Assembly: GCA_963850905.1 (NCBI GenBank)
Contig: CAWKMU010000003.1
Span: 384,001-448,000 of the forward strand
Source of the DNA: an uncultured Gemmatimonadales bacterium
Lineage (GTDB): Bacteria; Gemmatimonadota; Gemmatimonadetes; Gemmatimonadales; Gemmatimonadaceae
Reading direction: 5' to 3'
Length of the DNA: 64,000 nt
Of this stretch, positions 41,819-50,378 are shown piece by piece. Position 1 is the first letter of the stretch. Each line of letters starts with the position of its first letter. The translations under genes and the position numbers were made by a program. Below the pieces are notes generated by a model, which worked only from the letters and a program-made list of their open reading frames with translations, was not told the origin of the DNA and did no database searches.

Positions 41819-42988
41819 GTGACCGACGCGCACGCCACCATCACCACCCGAGGCGAGAAACGGGTGACGCGCGGCCATCCGTGGATTTTCCGCAGCGATC
41901 TCGTCCACCCGCCCTCGGCGCCGGCCGGGCCGGTAGCAGTCCGGGACGCGCACGGCCACCCCCTCGGCTGGGCGCTGTGGAGTCCCGAGTCCGTCATCGC
42001 GCTGCGGATGCTCGATCGGGATCCGAGCGCATGCATCGACACCCGCTGGTGGCGACAGCGCCTGGCCGCGGCCATCGCGCGCCGTCGGGGGATCGCGGCC
42101 GAGACGACGGGCTACCGGCTCGTGCACGCCGAGGGCGACAGCGCGCCGTCGCTCATTTGCGATCGATATGATCGCTGGCTCGTTGTGCAGTTGCTGAGCG
42201 CCGGCCTCGAGGCCTGTCGGCCGCATATCGTCGACGCGCTCGCCGACATCGTTCAGCCGGCGGGCATCCTGGCCCGCCACGATGCCGCCGTGCGCCGCAA
42301 GGAAGGACTGACGACGACCGTCGAAGTGCTCCTGGGCGAGGTCCCTCGCGAGATCGAGATCATGGAACATGGGGTGCGATACATCGCGGCCCCCTGGGAC
42401 GGCCAAAAAACCGGTGCCTTCCTCGATCAACGAGAGAACCGCGCGATCGTGGCGACCATCGCGCGCGGCCGCGCGCTGGATTGCTTCAGCTATCACGGCT
42501 CCTTCGCGTTACACCTCGCACGACGCGCCACGCACGTGACCGCGCTCGACAGCTCCGGTCCAGCCCTCGAGCGCGCGCGCGCCAACGCGGCACTCAACGG
42601 CGTCGAGGCGATCAGCTTTGTCGAGACCGACGCGTTTGCGTTCCTGAAGTCGGCTGAACGCGCTCGCGAGCGATATGATACCGTCGTGCTCGATCCACCA
42701 GCGTTCGCCAAGACGCGGGCGGCAGTGCCCGATGCGCTGCGGGGCTACAAAGAGATCAATCTCCGCGCCATGCGCCTGCTGACCCCTGGTGGATGGCTGT
42801 ATACGGCGAGTTGCAGCTTCCACGTGGGACGCAGCATGTTCCTGGAGATGTTGATGGACGCCGCGGCCGACAGCGGCCGCCGGCTCGCCCTCCGACGCGT
42901 GCTTGGGCAGGCAAGCGACCACCCGGAGTTACTCACCGTGCCGGAGACTGGCTACCTGAAGGGTGCGCTGCTGGAGGTCGTGGAGTGA
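41819..42988 (+). CDS. rlmI: Class I SAM-dependent rRNA methyltransferase (RlmI-like)
   Basis: GHPWIF, RLVHAEGD, GQKTGAFLDQRENR, LDCFSY.G.F, LDPPAF, ASCS, ETGYLK. Confidence 0.88.
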   Translation: MTDAHATITTRGEKRVTRGHPWIFRSDLVHPPSAPAGPVAVRDAHGHPLGWALWSPESVIALRMLDRDPSACIDTRWWRQRLAAAIARRRGIAAETTGYRLVHAEGDSAPSLICDRYDRWLVVQLLSAGLEACRPHIVDALADIVQPAGILARHDAAVRRKEGLTTTVEVLLGEVPREIEIMEHGVRYIAAPWDGQKTGAFLDQRENRAIVATIARGRALDCFSYHGSFALHLARRATHVTALDSSGPALERARANAALNGVEAISFVETDAFAFLKSAERARERYDTVVLDPPAFAKTRAAVPDALRGYKEINLRAMRLLTPGGWLYTASCSFHVGRSMFLEMLMDAAADSGRRLALRRVLGQASDHPELLTVPETGYLKGALLEVVE

Positions 42989-43024
42989 CTCGCGTCGCCC
43001 GCTGCACCACCCTGCCTTGGGCCG

Positions 43025-43048
43025 GTGGGGCCGACACATACGTCGCCC
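43025..43048 (+). repeat. Degenerate REP
   Basis: GCCTTGGGCCG-GTGGGGCCGACACATACGTCGCCC matches the REP family and its 5' flank. Confidence 0.55.
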
Positions 43049-43079
43049 GTCGTCGGGCGCACTGCGGGACCGTTCATCC

Positions 43080-44007
43080 ATGACGGCGCCCGATCCGACG
43101 CGTGCGCCGCGAGCGACGCCGGACGCGGTGGCACTTCCCCGGGATTGGGCCAGCCACCAGCCGGCGGTGCGACGAGCGCTCACTGTCGTCCTGATCATTA
43201 ACATCGGCGTCGTCTGCGCCAAGCTCGGCGTCGGATGGGGGACGGGCTCGCTGACTGTGTTGGGTGCAGCGCTCGAATCCGGACTGGATCTGCTCAACTT
43301 GATCATCGGCATGACGCTGGTGTCCATCGCCGCCCGCGCCCCGGACGAGGACCACCCCTACGGGCACGACAAGTTCGAGTCGCTCGGCACACTCGCCATC
43401 GTCGGATTTCTGTCCATTCTCGTGCTTCGAGCTCCTGCGTGAAGCAGTCGGCCAGGTCGTCCACCGCGTCGCACCGCTGCGCCCGTCGCTCGCCGATGTC
43501 GCCGTCTTGGCCGGGACCGCACTCTTGAACGTGGTCATTATCTGGTATGAGAAACGACGCGGTCGCGCCCTCGAAAGTGCCTTCCTCATGGCGGACGCGG
43601 CGCATACCAGCAGCGATTTCTACGTGACGGTACTGGCGGTCACCTCGCTGGTATTGGCCATGCTGGGTCTCGCGAACTTCGACGCGCCGCTCGCCATCCT
43701 TGTCGCGCTCATTATCGCCCGCAATGGCTACGTCATTCTCCGTAGATCGGTCCCCGTGCTCGTTGACCAGCGTGCGGTCGACGCAGCGCGCATTCGCCAG
43801 CTCGTGGGAGACGTGCCGCGCGTCCGAGATGTCCGCGTCGTCCGCTCACGGGCCACACAGTCGGGCCTTCTCTTTGCAGAGGTCACCATCGGGGTCGCCG
43901 CCGGAGCGACCGTCGCCGACGCCCACGCCATCGCCGATGCGGTGGAGGCCCGAATCCGTCAAGCCCTCGGCGCGGCGGAGGTGACCGTGCATGTCGAGCC
44001 CGCCTAA
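43080..44007 (+). CDS. Cation diffusion facilitator (FieF-like; frameshift near 43425)
   Basis: ESGLD, PDEDHPYGHDKFE, ADAAHTSSD, AHAIAD, VTVHVEP, split across ORFs 42963..43442 and 43507..44007. Confidence 0.87.
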
Positions 44008-44074
44008 CAACTTGCGAATCAAGCGTGATGCTCTACTTTCCTAGCGGGCGATAGCGGACCCCAACCGTCACGCA

Positions 44075-44839
44075 TTGCGAGCGCGCTCACTCAAGCACGA
44101 GTACGAAGACTACGTCGAGCGGGAGATCGAGAACTATAAGGACTCTCTCCCGCGCCACGTCCTCCTGAGCATCGGGGACGAGGCGGTGGCGGCCATGCGT
44201 CAACAGTCGCAATTCGTGCTCACGGAGCTCGTGCTGTGGGAAGAAGTGGACCGCATCATCATGCGCCGCCTGCGAATTCCGACGTACCCGACATGGCGCA
44301 GGCGATGCTTCCGCACCCTGGAGCAGTATCGACAGCCCGAGCACTGGGGCCTGCGCCCCGAAAGCGCGTTGGTGCGATCGATTCAACCGGACGGCGAGGC
44401 GCACGTCCTGGTAACCGGTGGCGCGGCTGAGCGCGCGGCGTTGTACCTCGCGGCGCGCGGCTGCGATGTGACAGCGGTTGGGGAATGCGCAGATGTGCTC
44501 GACCGCGTGATGATCGCGGCGGGTGCCGCGGGACTGACACAGCGCGTTCGAGGGTGCGCGACGGACATCAGCCATTGGACGCCAGACGGGCCGCTCACCG
44601 CCGTCGTCTGCACACCGGCCGCATTCGCCGGCCTCACGCCATTAGAGCGCAAGAATGTGATCGAGTTGCTGCAGCAGGCGACGACCGATGGCGGCGTGCA
44701 TCTCGTCGAGACCATCGTGGCTGGTCAGGAAGCCATGTCGGTGGCCGAGCTCCGCGATCGATATGCGGGCTGGGAGATCAGCATCGAACGCGACGGCACG
44801 CAGTCGCGCTCGTTCCTCGCGCGCAAAGGCGCCGCGTAG
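44075..44839 (+). CDS. Hypothetical protein: helical N-terminal domain plus degenerate class I SAM-methyltransferase-like domain
   Basis: ALYLAARGCDVTAV and ATTDGGVHL resemble TehB-like motifs; the glycine motif is degenerate. Confidence 0.55.
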   Translation: MRARSLKHEYEDYVEREIENYKDSLPRHVLLSIGDEAVAAMRQQSQFVLTELVLWEEVDRIIMRRLRIPTYPTWRRRCFRTLEQYRQPEHWGLRPESALVRSIQPDGEAHVLVTGGAAERAALYLAARGCDVTAVGECADVLDRVMIAAGAAGLTQRVRGCATDISHWTPDGPLTAVVCTPAAFAGLTPLERKNVIELLQQATTDGGVHLVETIVAGQEAMSVAELRDRYAGWEISIERDGTQSRSFLARKGAA

Positions 44840-45218
44840 CAATCAGACACGCCAGCCCCGGCGAATGGCGTGTCGAATTGCGACACGCGTGGGGACACCG
44901 TCCGAACGGAAGAATTCCAACCTCTGACCTGCCAACGAGTTGACGCGCGACGTCCTCGTGGCACCAACGATGCCTATTAGTGGGCCCGACGGGGCCGCAC
45001 CGGCCTCGCCTCCACCGCAAGCGGAGACTAGCCGATCATGAAGGAGATACGTCAACCAACCGTCGCGGACGAGCCGGTCGGGATCATCATCTCGCGTGGC
45101 ACGCGCGAGGAGGTCTCGCCCCGAGTGGTCGCATACATCTGGGGACCGGTGCCGGTCGAGGACGAATCGACGTCGCGCGCGGCATGAAATGATGCCCTAG
45201 GCTGTCGGCGACACGGAC

Positions 45219-45265
45219 AAACACCGCGGGCCAGTCTCGTACAGTGAGACTGGCCCGCGGTGTTT
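45219..45265. terminator. Perfect 20-bp hairpin, probable (bidirectional) intrinsic terminator
   Basis: AAACACCGCGGGCCAGTCTC-GTACAGT-GAGACTGGCCCGCGGTGTTT, downstream of the micro-ORF. Confidence 0.75.
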
Positions 45266-45307
45266 TGTCGCATCGACAGCCTGCTTCGACTGTCGACTAC
45301 TCTGTGG

Positions 45308-45400
45308 CTAGCGGCGCCCTTTCTTCTTTGCGCCCTTGCGAGCCGTCTTTCTGCCGCCCTTACGGGCAGACTTCTTTCTGGCACCTTTCTTCGCTGCCAT
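45308..45400 (-). CDS. 30-aa Lys/Arg-rich micro-protein (histone H1/protamine-like)
   Basis: MAAKKGARKKSARKGGRKTARKGAKKKGRR*. GGAG lies 8 nt upstream of the ATG, and a terminator follows. Confidence 0.75.
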   Translation of the reverse strand: MAAKKGARKKSARKGGRKTARKGAKKKGRR

Positions 45401-46142
45401 ACGATCAGCTCCAGTTCTGGAGTGGAGCACCCGTCCGATCCCCCGGTGGATCGGCGGGCGCGGATCCGCACGTCGCGGCGTGAAACCGCAGCGAGCGGAG
45501 CCGATGGTACGCGGCCGCATCGCGGCGCGCGGAGTCGGTGCGCGAACAGCGTTCGCGCATGAAGGCCAAGACAATGGTGCGAGTCGACATCATCTGCTGT
45601 CGACGACCGGTAGCGCGACTTTGTTACCGCGCAATGCGGCGCGGACCGTCTGCCCGCGCATCATGCACGCCCGGATCGTGCTGCCCGGTGCGCCAACTCC
45701 CGACATCAAAGTCGGCTGGCAGCACCGGGGCACGTCGATCGGGCGTGAGATCATGCAATATCGAATCGGCAGGAGAGAGACGTCAGCCGCAACACCCAGC
45801 GAGATGCAGTTGGTGGTGAATCGACCACCCGTTCATTGACCTGCGGCACTGCGTTGGTCGCACAATTCGAGTCGCTGTTCGGCATCACCGTGCACAATGC
45901 TCGTTGCGCGAATATAGATAGCACCAAAATGCATTGCAATACGCAATGTTGGCGCCGTGCAACGACATGAGGCGCGAAACGCGCCAAATGCGCATCCGTT
46001 TGAGCGCTGCGAAACCGCCGCGCGAGGTCGCGCGACCGCCCGCGCACGGCGCCAGCACACGCCCCTCACGTACTGTATCTTCCCCTCGCGCCGACGTCCG
46101 GCGCGTTGGTTGTCGACCCGATACTCCGCCGCTGAGGGGCAT

Positions 46143-47168
46143 GTGCGAGCGCTGGTCAAGCGAGCAGCGGAACCCGGCATGGTACTGACCGAGGTTCCCG
46201 AACCGACGATTCGAGAGGACGAGGTCTTGATCCGTGTCCGCCGCGCCGGCGTGTGCGGCACGGACCTGCACATCTACCAGTGGGATGACTGGGCCCGACG
46301 GCGCGTCAAGCCGCCGATCATCGTCGGGCACGAATTCGCGGGCGACGTCGTGCGCGTCGGCCGACTCGTCACCGACGTGCACGAAGGTGACCGCGTGACG
46401 GCCGAAGGGCACATCGTCGACGGCCGGTGTCTGCTCTGCCGGACGGGCAATTCACACGTGTGCCCCTACACGAAGATCATCGGGGTCGACCGCGACGGGT
46501 GTTTCGCCGACTACATCGCCATGCCGGCGACGAACGTCTGGCACCTCGACGCCGAGACGTCATACGAGGTCGGCGGCATTCACGACCCCATGGGCAACGC
46601 GTTTCATACCGCGCTGACCGCGCAAATCCCTGGGGCGTTCGTGCTGATCACGGGGTGCGGTCCGATCGGGCTGTTCGCCGTCGGCATCTGCAAGGCCGCC
46701 GGCGCGGCGCGCGTCATCGCCTCCGACCCGAACGACACGCGCCTGGCGCTCGCCCGGCGCATGGGGGCCGACGACGCGGTTCATCCGAGCGGCGTCGAGC
46801 GCGTCGTGCGCGACGCCACCGACCAGCTCGGCGCCGATGTGGTGCTCGAGATGTCGGGCGTCCCAGCTGCCGTGCACCAGGCGCTCGCGCTCGTTCGCGT
46901 CGGCGGACGCGTGCAGATGCTCGGCATCCCATCCCGGCCCATCGACATCGATTTCGCGACCGAAGTGATCTTCAAAGGCCTCACGATCTACGGCGTCGTC
47001 GGCCGCCGAATGTACGACACCTGGATCCTCATGAGCCGCTTTCTGCGCGCCGGTCATTTCGACCCAACACCCGTCATCACCCATCGCCTCCCGCTCGAAG
47101 CCGTCGACGAGGCGATGCGGCTGATTACGTCGGGTGAAGCGGGGAAGGTGGTGTTTGAGATTGCATGA
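46143..47168 (+). CDS. tdh: L-threonine 3-dehydrogenase
   Basis: CGTDLHIY.WD.W, GHEF, AEGH, DPMGNAFHT, GCGPIG, LEMSG; adjacent to kbl. Confidence 0.93.
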   Translation: MRALVKRAAEPGMVLTEVPEPTIREDEVLIRVRRAGVCGTDLHIYQWDDWARRRVKPPIIVGHEFAGDVVRVGRLVTDVHEGDRVTAEGHIVDGRCLLCRTGNSHVCPYTKIIGVDRDGCFADYIAMPATNVWHLDAETSYEVGGIHDPMGNAFHTALTAQIPGAFVLITGCGPIGLFAVGICKAAGAARVIASDPNDTRLALARRMGADDAVHPSGVERVVRDATDQLGADVVLEMSGVPAAVHQALALVRVGGRVQMLGIPSRPIDIDFATEVIFKGLTIYGVVGRRMYDTWILMSRFLRAGHFDPTPVITHRLPLEAVDEAMRLITSGEAGKVVFEIA

Positions 47169-47290
47169 ACCGCAGGGGTCAGGGAGGGGTCAGGGGTCAG
47201 GGGTCAGGAACAAACCGCATGCGTGATGCGTCGCAACTCGCTATACGATTTGTTCCCTGATCCCTGACCCCTGATCCCTGACCCCTGCCC
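47168..47290. repeat. Heptamer-armed inverted-repeat element between tdh and kbl
   Basis: (GGGGTCA)n-GGAACAAA ... TTTGTTCC-(CTGAYCC)n. Confidence 0.85.
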
Positions 47291-47307
47291 TTTGTTATCC
47301 TTCCCCC

Positions 47308-48543
47308 ATGACCGCCTCCCACACCACCTCGCCACTCGCCGCGGACCTCGCCACTGAGCTCGAGCAGCTCAAGCGCGACCGCGTGTACAAGCACCTCAAC
47401 TATCTCGACTCGCCTCAGGCCGCCCGCGTGCAGATGGATGGTCGCGGCGAGGTGCTGATCATGTCGTCGAACAACTACCTCGGACTCTGCACCGAACCGA
47501 GCGTCATCGAGGCGGGGATCGGCGGCCTGCGCCGCTATGGCGCGGGCACCGCGAGCGTTCGCTTCATTTGTGGCACCTTCACGGCGCACCGCACCCTGGA
47601 GGCCGCGCTCGCGCGGTTCGTCGGCACGGAAGCGTCGCTGACCTTTCTCTCCGCCTGGAACGCGAACGAGGCCCTCACCCCGACGCTGCTGCGCGAGGGC
47701 GACTTCGTCGCCTCTGACGCGCTCAACCACGCCTCGATCATCGACTCGATCCGCCTCGCCAAGGCGATTACCAAGTGCACCACCGCAGTGTATCGCCACG
47801 GCGATATGGATGATCTCGTGGCGAAACTGGAGGGCGCCCGCGCGGCGCCGCGCAAGCTGATTTGGACGGATGGGATCTTCTCGATGGAGGGCGCCATCGC
47901 GAAGCTCCCCGACATCGTCGACATCGCGCGGCGTTTCGGCGCGACCGTGGTGCTCGATGACTCGCACGCGACGGGCGTGCTCGGCGCCACGGGGCGCGGG
48001 ACCGCGGAGCACTACGGGCTCCTCGGCGAGATCGACATCATCACATCGACCCTGGGGAAAGCGCTGGGTGGTGCGGCCGGCGGCTTCGTGGCAGCTGCGG
48101 CGCCGGTCTGCGACATGCTGACGCAGCGGTCGCGGCCGCAACTGTTCTCCAACGCACTGCCGCCGACCGTCGCGATGAGCGCACTCGCCGCCGTGGAGTA
48201 CATCGAGCAGCACCCAGAGCGCGTCCGCAAGCTGCAAGACAACGCGCGCTACTTCCGCGAACAAATCAGCGAAGCCGGCTTCTCACCGATCCCGGGCGAC
48301 ACGCCAATCGTGCCAATCATCGTCGGCGAAACCGCAACCGCCATCCGCATGAGTGATCTGCTGCTCGAGGAAGGCATCTTTGTCACGGGTTTCGGCTACC
48401 CCGTCGTCCCGCACGGCGTCGCACGCGTCCGCTGCCAGTTGAGCGCCGGCCACTCGCGCGACGACATCGATCAAGCCGTCGCCGCGTTCAAGCGGGTTGC
48501 GAAGAAGGTGGGGTTGAAGCCGGGCGAGAAGCCGGCTGCATAA
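47308..48543 (+). CDS. kbl: Glycine C-acetyltransferase (2-amino-3-ketobutyrate CoA ligase)
   Basis: SNNYLGL, SVRFICGT, LNHASIID, DDSHATG, TLGKALGG, RSRP.LFSN, RVRCQ. Confidence 0.95.
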   Translation: MTASHTTSPLAADLATELEQLKRDRVYKHLNYLDSPQAARVQMDGRGEVLIMSSNNYLGLCTEPSVIEAGIGGLRRYGAGTASVRFICGTFTAHRTLEAALARFVGTEASLTFLSAWNANEALTPTLLREGDFVASDALNHASIIDSIRLAKAITKCTTAVYRHGDMDDLVAKLEGARAAPRKLIWTDGIFSMEGAIAKLPDIVDIARRFGATVVLDDSHATGVLGATGRGTAEHYGLLGEIDIITSTLGKALGGAAGGFVAAAAPVCDMLTQRSRPQLFSNALPPTVAMSALAAVEYIEQHPERVRKLQDNARYFREQISEAGFSPIPGDTPIVPIIVGETATAIRMSDLLLEEGIFVTGFGYPVVPHGVARVRCQLSAGHSRDDIDQAVAAFKRVAKKVGLKPGEKPAA

Positions 48544-48561
48544 CGCCGGGCCCCGGGGGCG

Positions 48562-48755
48562 GACGGCAAACCGCGGGGTCAGGGGTCAGGGAATGAAAAA
48601 GGGCGACCGCCTACATCGGTCGCCCATCTGATTGTGCAACTAATCTCGCGGTCATTTATCCAACCAATGAAGCCTGGCGACAACGTCGCCGGGCTTCATT
48701 CGTTCCCTGACCCCTGACCCCTGACCCCTGACCCCTGACCCCGCCGTTTGCCGTC
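48562..48755. repeat. Heptamer-armed inverted-repeat element with two internal hairpins
   Basis: GACGGCAAAC..(GGGGTCA)2GGGAA ... TTCCC(TGACCCC)5GCCGTTTGCCGTC. Internal hairpins GGGCGACCG/CGGTCGCCC and AATGAAGCCTGGCGAC/GTCGCCGGGCTTCATT. Confidence 0.88.
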
Positions 48756-48913
48756 TCCTGCCCTTAGCCCAATCTGACCGATTGGCCCCCGCCATACTGC
48801 TGAGCCCGTGACCCGCCGCCGCTGGTCCTCGTCAGAACCCAGGAAACGGCGGGGTTTGGTTGCCCGCCCGACGGGAACTCCGACCCTTTGGCATTCAATA
48901 GAGGTCCAGCGCC

Positions 48914-49627
48914 ATGCGCCCCATTCGAAGCCTGACCACAGGGCTCGCCCTAAGTGTGTTGCTGCCCGTCGCGAGCCAGGCACAACAGGGCCGGCTCTTC
49001 GACAACTCATGGTTCTGGGGGGTCGGCGGTGGCGCCCTCACCTACTGGACCTCGACGACCGCACACGCGGAAGCGCCCTCAGTGAGTCTGGACTGGCTGA
49101 TCACCCGACAGCACTTCGCGTTGCTCGTCGGCTTCGACCAGACCTTCTTCGTCGCGCACAACTTGACGTATGTCGACCAGGGGCGGTTCTACACCGACAC
49201 GACGCTCAGCAATTACTACAACGTTGCCTATTACGCTCAGGCGACCATCCGCAACTCGCGCCACCTCACGGCGAGTTTCCTGGCCTTCCCCGGCCACGGA
49301 CCGATTCGCCCGTACGCCGGGATCGGCGTCAGCATGAACTTCATTCAGGGCGGCGTGACGACATCAGCCGCACCTCCCCTGACCCCGGCCGATCAGTGGT
49401 ACCCGCAATACTACGGCTCGCAGTACCGAGACGAAGCGGCCGACTGGGTGAGCCCAGTCCTTACCGCAGGTCTCCAGCTGCAGCTGAGCCGATTCTCCGT
49501 GTACGGACAGGCGAAGCTCTTCCCGATGTCCGTCAATACGTCGCAACCGTACTTCTTCACCGATCAGGGCTTCGTGATGCTGCAAGCCGGCATCCGCGTC
49601 AACGTCGCGTCGCTGGCGAAGTTGTAA
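48914..49627 (+). CDS. Exported protein, probable small outer-membrane beta-barrel
   Basis: Signal peptide (ASQA|Q), alternating aromatic beta-strands, IRPYAGIGVS motif. Confidence 0.6.
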   Translation: MRPIRSLTTGLALSVLLPVASQAQQGRLFDNSWFWGVGGGALTYWTSTTAHAEAPSVSLDWLITRQHFALLVGFDQTFFVAHNLTYVDQGRFYTDTTLSNYYNVAYYAQATIRNSRHLTASFLAFPGHGPIRPYAGIGVSMNFIQGGVTTSAAPPLTPADQWYPQYYGSQYRDEAADWVSPVLTAGLQLQLSRFSVYGQAKLFPMSVNTSQPYFFTDQGFVMLQAGIRVNVASLAKL

Positions 49628-49660
49628 GGGGCCAGACGCTGGACGCTAGGCGCTAGAGAA

Positions 49661-49708
49661 AAACCTCGAGGGCCGGCCACGGTGCATCTCGGCTGGCCCT
49701 CGAGGTTT
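49661..49708. terminator. Bidirectional terminator hairpin between convergent genes
   Basis: AAACCTCGAGGGCCGGCC...GGCTGGCCCTCGAGGTTT. Confidence 0.7.
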
Positions 49709-49727
49709 GTTATCCAGCGTCTAGCGT

Positions 49728-50378
49728 CTAGCTGCTCCGCGCACGCGAAACGAACTCGTTGCCCTTCACGAAATACCGCAACATCCCCTCCGTCGCACGC
49801 GTGATCCCCACGCGCCGTGAGACTGCCACATCCGCGTCCGCGAGCTCCCGCCCGCGACGTACCACGAGCGGCGGGCGTTGCAGCGGCAGGCCGCTGAAGT
49901 GACCGTCAATGCCCAGGGCCTCGCAGAGCTTACCGGGGCCGTTCGTGAGGGTGCGGTCGGTCCTGGATAGCACGCTCGCGCTCCCACCCGCCGACCCGCG
50001 CCGAGCGCGCATGAGCGACAGCCCCTCCAGCGGCTCGATGGCGCGCACGAGCACCGCTGCCCCACCATTCCGCCGCCCGCTCACGGCGTTGAAGCACCAA
50101 TGCACGCCGTATATGAAATAGACGTAGGAGGTGCCCGGCGGTCCAAACAGATCGCGCGTCCGATCGGTGAGTCCGACGACCGCGTGGCTCGCAAGGTCTG
50201 TCGGCCCGAGGTACGCCTCCGTCTCCACGATTCGGCCGGCGGCGCGACCGGCGGAACTCTCGCACTCCAGCACAGTGCCGAGCATGGCGCGCGCGACCAG
50301 TTCCGTTTCGCGTGCATAAAACCCGCGCGGCAGCGGCCGACGACTGTCGGCCGCTGCGCCGCGCACCCGCGTCGTCAC
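49728..50378 (-). CDS. mpg: 3-methyladenine DNA glycosylase (AAG/MPG family)
   Basis: GRIVETEAY, YVYFIYGVH.CFN, AVLVRA.EP, GPGKLC.ALGI, RVGI. Confidence 0.92.
   Translation of the reverse strand: MTTRVRGAAADSRRPLPRGFYARETELVARAMLGTVLECESSAGRAAGRIVETEAYLGPTDLASHAVVGLTDRTRDLFGPPGTSYVYFIYGVHWCFNAVSGRRNGGAAVLVRAIEPLEGLSLMRARRGSAGGSASVLSRTDRTLTNGPGKLCEALGIDGHFSGLPLQRPPLVVRRGRELADADVAVSRRVGITRATEGMLRYFVKGNEFVSRARSS

Noticed and set aside
640..44007. Programmed frameshifting in gspD, the metalloprotease, the ABC transporter and the CDF gene
   Set aside because: No slippery heptamers were seen at the junctions, and the same indel pattern occurs elsewhere in the window, so these are probably sequencing errors.
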